Assembly (NCBI GenBank): GCA_965215765.1
Contig: OZ244118.1
Span: 2,484,598-2,548,597, forward strand
Direction: 5' to 3'
Length of the DNA stretch: 64,000 nt
Origin: an uncultured candidatus Porisulfidus sp.
Lineage (GTDB): Bacteria > Pseudomonadota > Gammaproteobacteria > Poriferisulfidales > Oxydemutatoraceae
Below the pieces are notes generated by a model that had not been told where the DNA came from, made no database searches, and saw only the letters and a program-made list of their open reading frames with translations. Shown here in pieces: positions 41,127 through 50,800 of the stretch; position 1 is the stretch's first letter; each line of letters starts with the position of its first letter. A program made the position numbers and the translations under genes.

Positions 41127-41316
41127 TGTGAATGCTTAGGAGCCATGCGGGCGGAGAAAAGAGAGCCTGACCACCCTGAGACATAAAATTCCCTGCACCA
41201 CATTCGCTATCTGTTCTCCATGGCTGACGCACTGAGCACTCCTCTGGCTCTGACCTTCACTCACTCTCTGATGTCCCAGTACGGCTGTACGCGCCGAAAA
41301 ATCACTTAGTGGGTTA

Positions 41317-41345
41317 ATTGTACAAAATAACGCCCAATCCGGCAA
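41317..41345 (-). promoter_or_regulatory. Sigma70-like promoter TTGCCG-N17-TACAAT for paralog D
   Basis: attgta at 41317-41322 and cggcaa at 41340-41345. It lies ~2.2 kb upstream of the real ATG because of the module array. Confidence 0.45.
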
Positions 41346-41664
41346 ATTATTATTAAGAAGATACCGACCCCATCCGACCGGAAAACCCCGAAAACAGTGC
41401 CAAGGCGTACTGTCATATTTGTGAGCTTTTAGGTCTGCAAGGGGGTGAATCAGTGGCAATAGTCGGCACTGCGACTTCTTGTTTTTAACCGCGAAAAACA
41501 TGAAAGTTGGTATTTGCAATTCGTATGATTTCAGTTTTGGGGCAGCTTCCAAAGTTCACCAAAAGCCCCAATTCAAGACCTGTTGTTTTAAGACAATTCA
41601 ATAGCTGTGCCTCATGTTCATCAGTAATGTTTGTCATGGCAGATAAGGTCAGGCTTATGGACTT

Positions 41665-41842
41665 GCTTTAAAGGTTCACCCTCTGTGCCTTGAAAGGAAT
41701 GCCCCTTATGGAAAACTCATTCTCCGGACACTCCTGGCACACTGCCTCAAGTAAGCCACACCTCATTTCCCTGAATCGCATGGCATTCATCAGGAAACAA
41801 AACTTCTCGTGCTTTTCGCGGTTGTTAAATTCGTGTATGCCC
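41665..41842. repeat. Single copy of the ~186-bp 3' unit downstream of the paralog E stop
   Basis: Homologous to the units at 4520..5222. Confidence 0.6.
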
Positions 41843-44800
41843 TCAGCGAACCATACCGCCCAAGAACGCTCTCAGGCGCAATTTCTTGACGTGATGCGGG
41901 CCGGGTCTCGGCGTTGTCGGGATCTCGGGATCCCAGTTGATAAATTGACTCACTCCTGGCAGCTCAGCCACACCGTCCCGGGGAAATACCCGGACTTCGT
42001 ACGCAACACCACCCTGCAGCCCCGTAAATTCCGTCCTGACAGCTCCCCCGGGCGTCGGCATCGCAACAGACTGTTCCTCTATCAGTTCTCCGTACGAAAG
42101 CAGTTGTACCCGATACCCCAAGCCGAGCAATATTCCGTCAACCGGGGCTCCGAAATCAGCATGATCCGCAGTGCGTCCATAGCCATCATTTCCCGAATAC
42201 TGCAAGTGTACCTGCACACGACCATTCGCCTTGTGCATCAACTGCATGGCCAATGTTCCCTCAAGAACGTTGAGCAAAGTAAATGTTGCCGTGCTTGTCG
42301 CGCCCGTTCCGGCGCGGTTGATTGCCCGGAGCAAATAGCGTATCTGCTCTCCTCCTGCGTGCTTCTTGCGCAACTGCACCAAGGCATGTCCTGACAACAC
42401 ATAAGAAGTGGCGGTTCCCGCAACGGGGTAGCTTTTTCCGTCCACAAAAAGCTGGTAGCTGTCTATCGTCGCCCCGTTGCTGCTCGCCGCTTCCCAACTC
42501 AGGTTCACCCGGTTTGTGGACTCCCACCTGGCTCGCAAGCCTGAAGGTCTGCCAGGCACCGCTATGGTGCTGAACGCATCCCTGTTTTCGGACGCTTGGG
42601 CAGGCACTCCGGCGCCCGCCCGGTTGCGTGCATAGACCTGTAACGAATAGCTTCTCTTCGGCAGCAAGTCGGTGATCTCAATCTCGGCGTCAAAAGCACC
42701 TGCCGAGAAAAAGGTCTCGGTACTGCGTCCTGCAGCACTCACAATCACCACGTAGCCAAAACCGGAGAGCATGGCACGATCAGGGGAAGTCGCAAGCGCA
42801 TTGTCCGCCAAGGAAGCGCAATCGCCATATCCCATGGTTGTCAACACCAGACGCGCAGTGGTTTGACCGGGCACCAGCTCCGTTATCGTTGTCGCGCCCG
42901 GAAGACCGGGCAAATAGAAATGACCGGCTGCCGTATAGCCAGCGACATCTCCGTGTACAGCGCGAAGACGGTACGGGTGGGGGCAAGCCTCTTGCTTGTT
43001 TTTCCGAAACCCGGCCAGAAAATCTCCGTCAAAGTCAAAAGTCGGAGCTGTGACCTCCCGTATTGTTCCTGCCAGTTCAAGTTCGTAGGAATCAACCGCT
43101 GAACTTCCCGCCGCCCAAGTGAAGCGCAGATGATCCGGAGATTCCCAGCTCACCGCCAAATCAACCGGTGTGGCAGGAATGTCGGCAAGCGCGCGCAGCA
43201 AGGGCAACGTGCGGGTATTACCAAAATGCCAGGCTCCCGGTTCCCAGCCGGCATAAGTCGTGGCATCTGCACATCTCTGCCCCACCGCAGTCGGGCAACG
43301 CAGTTGGGTCAGAGTGCGAGGTGAACTGCTGCCCGTTAAGCCATTGCCCACCAAAGATGCCTGTGCAGACACGGGTGCGTAACTGCGATCAATCATCGCA
43401 TCCGGAGCAGAATAACCTGCCAGACTCCCGGTGCTGCCCGACTCCCCAACAACCCTGTTCACCGCATAGCTGTCCTGAATGCGGCGGATATTGCTTCCGA
43501 CCAACCCCCCGGTGATGGAGCGACCCCGTACCTCACCGAGTGCATAGCTCGCATGGACAGAACCGGCGTTGATGCCCGCCAGTCCGCCAACACGATCAGC
43601 TCCGCTGACCGACACGTCGGCATAGCTGTAGGCAATGGTGCTTCCGCTGTAGCCGACCAAGCCGCCGACGCGCGAGCCGTCCACAGCGATGGCCGAACCT
43701 GTCGCGTAACAGTGCAAAATCGTGCTTCCCAGACTGTAGCCAACCAGACCGCCGGCATTGCCCCGCCCTTCACCCAAGACGCGCACCGCCGCATCGGCAC
43801 TGCTGTACAAAATAGCGGCTCCCAGAGCCAGACCGGCCAGACCACCGGCAGACTCAATCGCGCGTACTTGCGAAGCCCTCACCGTACTGCCCACGACCCG
43901 ACCTTTTGCTTTCACATAACCGACCAGACCGCCGACGTATCTGCCCCCGTCGACCTCGGCACTGGCACCACTGTCAACCAGTAATCCTCCGTTGCCACCC
44001 GCCAGCCCGCCAATGTTGACTCCGGCTCTGTTGCCGGAAACCTGTGCAGACCTCACGACGCTGTTCATGACGGTTCCGTCGTTAAAGCCGACCAAAGCTC
44101 CGACGCTGTTTTTTCCTCTTACCCACGCATCAACGAGCACCACCCCCTTGGCGATCCCGTCTTCTGCAAGTCTGGAGAACAGGCCAATCGTGTTCGTTTC
44201 CGGGCGGTTAATGTACAGATCAGAGATTTCCCGCCCTGCCCCGTCAAAGGTGCCTGAAAAAGGCTCTATCGGATGAAAGCCGGCACCGCCTGACCACCCC
44301 CGACTCGGGCTGGCGTCAATGTCTGCGACCTGCACATAGTGAGCGTACAGATCAGAGCGCACATCCTGCAGTTGGCACAGCGTGGCAATTTGCCACGGGT
44401 TGTCGCCGCTGCCGTCACCCGATGCACTTTTCAGACCCTTGCGGGCGCATCCCGGAAAGCTGGTCACGACCCGGATCGTTGACGGCGATCCGGTGCCCAC
44501 CGTGTTATGGGCGAAGGCTTCCAGCCGATATGCAAAGACACTTTTAAGCTCCGTAAATTCCATCGTGACCGGGCTCAGAGGATTCCCCAGCGGAATGTCG
44601 CGTTCTTCAACCAGCTCCCCGGTCGCATACAGACGTATCCGGTAAGCCAGGTGCAAAGCCATGGCTTCCGCTGACGCTGCGTAATCAGCGTCAACCGGCC
44701 TGCGGCCATAGCCGTCATTGGCCGGGGCTGTAAAGCTGAGTCTCAGCGTGGAAACCCCCGGCACCACGCGCACACCAGTCAGAGAACCGGGAACATCCAG

Positions 44801-47800
44801 CAGGCGCACGGAAACACGGGCAGCTTCGCCAACACCATAAAGGTTGTAGCCGCGAACCGTTAAAAAGAGCGTATTCCCGCCTTCATGACGAGCGCGCAGC
44901 TTCTGCAACCAGTCCGATCCTCCCACGTAGTACAACGATGCGGTTTCCTCAGCAGCGATCGATGGAGCCTCAATCCGGTAAGCGATCAGTTCTCTGGTGT
45001 GAAGCGGAGGCTCCCAACGCAGCAACAAGGAAGACGGGGATTTCCACTGTGCCAGCAGGCGCAAGGGTTTGCCAGGAGTCTCAAAGCCCCGCAGAACCGG
45101 CAGCGTCCTGTAATCGCCAAAGGACCAGATCTCGGCACTCCAGCCTGAGTATGTTGACCTTCCCGCACACGCCAAGCCGGGGGTGGTGGGGCAACGCAGT
45201 TGCTGCAGTGTCCGCAGAAAGTCTGATCCCTGCCCGGTGCCATCTGCCACAAAAGGCACGCTGCCACCATTGCCACCGTTGGCGCGAGGCAACGCTGCTG
45301 CGTAGCTGTCGGTGATGCCTCCCGGACTGCTGCCGGCAAAACTTCCAGACCGTCCGGCTCCGGACACCGATCCTGCCGCATAGCTGCGGCTGACTGTGCC
45401 TTGATTGTTTGCCACAAGACCCGCAACCAGACCTTTCCCTGTCACAAAGGCTGTTGTGTAACTGTCAGTCACCGAACCCCGGTTGTCTGCGACCAGACCA
45501 CCCGCCCGAACTGCTCCTGACACCGAGCCTCCGGCATAGCTTGTATCAATACTCCCGGTTACCAGATTTTTCCCGACCAGACCACCCGCAACCTGAGCTC
45601 CCGGCTCTGTCGTCAGTTGAGCCGCGCTGCCGCTGATCGTGCCTGCGTTGATGCCAACGAGTCCTCCCGCCACTTGCCCGCCAAAAAGTGAGGCCGTCAC
45701 CCCGCTGTTCATGATCCTTCCTCCCTCGTTCCTGCCCGCCAGGGCACCCACGTTGACGCTTCCCCAAAGCTGCGCGTTCACCAGCACGACCTGCTGCAAC
45801 AGACCACCCCGAAGCTGCGCAAACATGCCGACATCTTCCAGCGCATCAGAGCGCACCCATAAGTGGAAAATCTGATAACCGGCACCGTCAAGGGAACCGG
45901 AAAAATCGGCGATCGGTGCAAAACCTTCTCCGGCTCGCCAGTTCCGGGATGGACCTGCCTCAATATCGCCTGCCAGCCGGTAGTGAGCTGCAGGTGCAGA
46001 ACGAATATCCTGCAATTGGCACAGCGTGGCAATCTGCCAGGGATCACCCTCGCTGCCCGAACCACCTGCCAATGCCACGGCTTCCCCGTCGCACTGCCAG
46101 GGACGGGTAAATGCCGACAGGAAAAATGACGGCCCTTCTCCAGCCCTGTTATAGGGCGTCGCCACCACTTCATAGCGGCTATCGCTTGCCAGACCCGAAA
46201 ACTCCACAGCCACGGATGTTTCGCCGTCTGTGTGTGCAAGCTCCTGTTCCTGCATCAGTTCTTCCCCGGTGTACAGCCGTACCCGGTAGCCCAGACCTGC
46301 AGGAACCCCGACACCCGCATACCCGTAAGCCGGGTCTTCCGGTGATTGGCCGTAGCCGTCGTCAGCCGGAGCCATAAGCGACACACGCAGTGAAAACGCT
46401 TGCGCCGATGCCCGAACGACTGCCAATTTGCCAGGGGTTCTCAGCAGCTCGATCGCAACCGTTGTCGCTTCACTCATGCCATGACGGTTATATCCACGCA
46501 CGCTGACTTGCAGGGTGCTGCCCCTATATTCAGAACGGAGGCTTTGCAACAGGTGCCTGCCGAGCGTAAAAGACGCGGATCCCGTTTCCATGGAGTGTCC
46601 TGCCACCTCCACCCAATAGCCGGCGTTCAGGCTTCCTGTTCTCGCGGCTGTCCAGTTCAGTTCCAGTTCACCTTCCAGGTTCCATTTCACCTGTAGGCGC
46701 GAAGGGGAAGAAGGTGGTAGCGGTCGCAGGGCGCGATGAACCGGAAGCGTCTGCCCGTCCCCGAAATACCAGACCTGTGTGTCCCAGCCGGAGTAACTGA
46801 CTGCTCCCTGGCACGTGTCTCCCGGCAAAAGGGGGCACTGCAATTGCGCCAGCGTGCGGGAAAAATTGTTTTCTGTGGTGTCATCTCCCCTGCTGCCCAC
46901 GAGTTCCAGCGTACTGCTGTCGGCACCCGGCTCCAAGGCGTAATTCGCAACCATATCGGTTCCTTCGGAATGCCCCACCAGCGTACCCTCCTGATTGTTC
47001 CCGCTGACCAGACCAGTCGCATAACTGTCCTCAATCCTGACGTTATAGCTTGTGCTGCTCTCACTGTTTCCCGCCAGCCCGCCTATCTGCGCTTTCCCGC
47101 TCACCGATCCGGTTGCGTAGCTTTCCCTGAGCCAGGATTCATTGTGTCCCACCAGACCGCCCACTCGCTCATTTCCGCTGACAGCTCCGGTCGCGTGGCT
47201 TCTGAGGATTGACCCTGAACTCATGCCCGCCAGACCTCCCACACGGTTCCCCGCGCCGATAACCGTGCTGTCCGAGTGGCTGTCAACTATGGAATTGGAA
47301 TTGTGCTGGCCCACCAGCCCGCCCACATTTTCCGTTCCGCTGACCGCTCCTGCCGAGTAAGAGCCGCTTATAAAACCATAGTTATTACCCACCAGTCCGC
47401 CTACATATTGATGCCCGCTCACCGTTGACTGCGCATGGCTGTGATAGATCGAAGCATCACTGTCTCCCACCAGTCCACCAACATTGTCTGCTCCGCTCAC
47501 GCTTCCTCTCGCGTGCGAACTACGAATCCTCGCGCCCAGGAAGTTTCTGCCCACCAGCCCGCCTATTGTGTTGCCGTGCCCCTGGGAATCAATCGTTCCG
47601 ACAACAGTGGACTCCGAATGGCTGAGCTTGATCAAGCCATGGTTCTCACCTGCCACTCCGCCCACATTTGCCCGTCCGTCTATCAACCCCGACACCGTGC
47701 TGAGCTCGATTAGCCCATGGTTCTCACCTGCCACTCCTCCCACATTTGCCCGTCCGCCTATCAACCCCGACACCGTGCTGAGCTTGATCAAGCCATGGTT

Positions 47801-50800
47801 CTCACCTGCCACTCCTCCCACACGATCCCGACCGTCTATCAACCCCGTCACCGTGCTGCCCTTGATGCTTCCATTTGCCGCAACGCTTCCTGCCAGGGCT
47901 CCTGTTGCATCTCTGCCCTGCACCGTGACATTCACCAGCACCAGACTTTGCAGGGCACCACCGTTGAGCCTCCCGAACAGCCCGACATAGTCTGTTTGCC
48001 CAGGATTGATCAAAAGACTCAGAATGCTGTGACCACTCCCGTCCAGAGAGCCGGAAAAAGGTTCAATCGGTGCAAAGCCCTTTCCGTCTCGCCACTCGTG
48101 GCTTTGCTTCGCGTCTATATCGTTTGCCAGCCGATAATGCGCTGCCGTGTCGTAACGTATTTCCTGCAACTGGCAAAGTGTGCCAACTTGCCAGGGGTCA
48201 TCCTCGCTGCCAGAGCCTGCTGCCGTTATCACCGCTTCCCATGGACACGCGCCAACGTAGGTGAAAACCGGTGCTGCCTCCGTTGGGCTTGCGCCCACTT
48301 TGTTTCTGGCAAACACCCTGACTTCATACCTGGAACCACCTTCCAGGCCTGAAAATTCCACTACGGCCGAGCTTGACCATTCCTGTTGTGTCTTATGCCG
48401 ATCTTCTTTCAACAGTCCTTTTGAAAACAGTTGCACGTGATATACAAGATCCAGCGCAACTCCGCCTGCCGGCTTCCCGTACGCGTTGCTGCCTGGAGTG
48501 CGTCCGTAGCCGTCATCAGTTGCCCCGACAATGGTGACCCGTATTGTCGACAGCCCTGAAGCTACCTGGGTCACCACCGCCCCCGGAATTTTCATTAAAT
48601 GGAAACTTCCCGACGTTGCATCTCCCGCAATGCCTCCTTTTACGCCGCGTATGGAATAATGGATTTCACTGCCGTTGGCGTAACGCTCACGCAATTTAGC
48701 CATCAATGTATCGTCAAGCGCGAAACGGGTTCCCTCGGTGTCTCGAATGATTCCGCCCACCTCCACCTCAAAGGAACTCACGGCGGCTCCCCGATGCTCC
48801 CACTGCAGCGTCAATCCACCTCTCGAATTCCAGTTTGCCCGGACTGCAAGTGGTGCAGCGGGAACATTCGTGAGCACCCGGAGCACGGGCAGCATGCGGG
48901 AGTGCCCGAAATGCCAAATTCGCGGATCCCAACCCAGATACACTCTGGCTGCCCGGCAAAGATTGACGGGATCCATCGGACACTTCATTTGTTCCACAGT
49001 GCGCAAAGCACTGCCCTGTACAGTGCCATCATTCCCGCCCACGAGGCTGTCCACGTCGCCCAGCTTGCTGGCATAGCTGCGAGCTATCGTGCCACTGTTG
49101 ACCCCGACCAGTCTGCCCGGCAAATCAGTTCCTTCTACAGCACCAGTGCTATAGGCACTTCTGACCGTACCGCTGTTTTCGCCGACCAGACCGCCTGTCT
49201 GGCTGCCTCCGGTCACTGTGCCTTGTGCGTAGCAGTTACCGATGCTTCCTTTGTTATCGCCGACCAGACCCCCAACCTGGTTCTTTCCACTCACACGTGA
49301 TCCCCGGGATACATGGCTACTCACGATCTTGGCGTTGCTCTCGCTCACACCCACCAAGCCCCCAACCCCGGGGGCTGTTCCGACAACCTGGTTAAGCGCG
49401 TAACTGTCACTGATGGTGCCGCCTAGGTGCAAACCCACCAGACCGCCTGTCTGACTGTCTCCGGTCACTGGACCTCGTGCGTAGCTGTTACTGATGCTTC
49501 CCTTGTTTTCGCCGACCAGACCGCCGACTTGATCCTTCCCACTCACGCGTACTTCCTGGCGTGTATGGCTATTCACAATCCTGGCGTTGCTTTCGTTCAC
49601 ACCCACCAGACCGCCTGTCTGACTGTCCCCGGTCACTGTGCCTTGTGTGTAGCTGTCACTGATGCTTCCTTTGTTTTCGCCGACCAGACCGCCGACTTGA
49701 TCCTTCCCACGCACATGTACTTCCTGACGTGTATGGCTGTTCACAATCCTGGCGTTGCTTTCGTTCACACCCACCAGACCGCCTGTCTGACTGTCCCCGG
49801 TCACTGCGCCTTGTGTGTAGCTGTCACTGATGGTGCCGCCAAGGTGGCGGCCCACCAGACCGCCTGCCTGATTGATCCCGGACACTGTGCCTTGTGCGTA
49901 GCTGTCACTGATGCTTCCCTTGTTTTCGCCGACCAGACCCCCGACTTGATTCTTTCCACGTACTTTCCCGAATGCTCGGCTGGTCACGATCCTGGCGTTG
50001 CCCTCGCCCACACCCACCAGACCGCCTATCTGACTGTCTCCGGACACTGAACCTTGTGCGTAGCTGTCGCTGATGCTTCCCTTGTTTTCGCCGACCAGAC
50101 CGCCTATCTGACTGTCTCCGGACACTGTGCCTTTTGTGTAGCTGTCGCTGATGCTTCCCTTGTTTTCGCCGACCAGACCGCCGACCTTGTTCTTTCCAAT
50201 CGCATTTGATCCCAATTCTGTATAGCTATTCACGATCTTGGCGTTGCTCTCGCTCACACCCACCAAGCCCCCAATCCCGGGGGCTGCTCCGACAACCTTG
50301 TTCTCCGTGTGGCTGCCACTGATGGTGCCGCCAAGGTGCCAACCCACCAGACCACCCACGTACGCGTAGCCCCATATAGAGCCGGTCCCGGTCACATCTC
50401 CATTCGCATGGCTGGAAGTGACCGAACCCATGTTTTTGCCCACCAGACCGCCGACTTGATTGCCTCCTGTTACTGCCCCAGACGCATGACTGCCCGCAAT
50501 CGTGCCACCGTCATTCTGACCCACCAGACCGCCGGCAACCCATCTGTCGCGAGAGTTCTTCCCAACCCTTACCGTTGACGTGCTGTTGCGGATGACACCG
50601 CTCTGATTCAGGCCAACCAGCCCACCGATGGTTCTGCCCCCGTCAACCTTGCCATCAACCTCGCTGTCCTCAATCGTTCCCCGATTGTTCAGCCCAACCA
50701 GAGAACCGACATTCACTCCGCCTTCCGTCAAAAAATCCACCAGCTTCACGCGCTTCAGCAAGCCACCCTGCAGCTTGCCAAACAGCCCTATATTCTCGAG

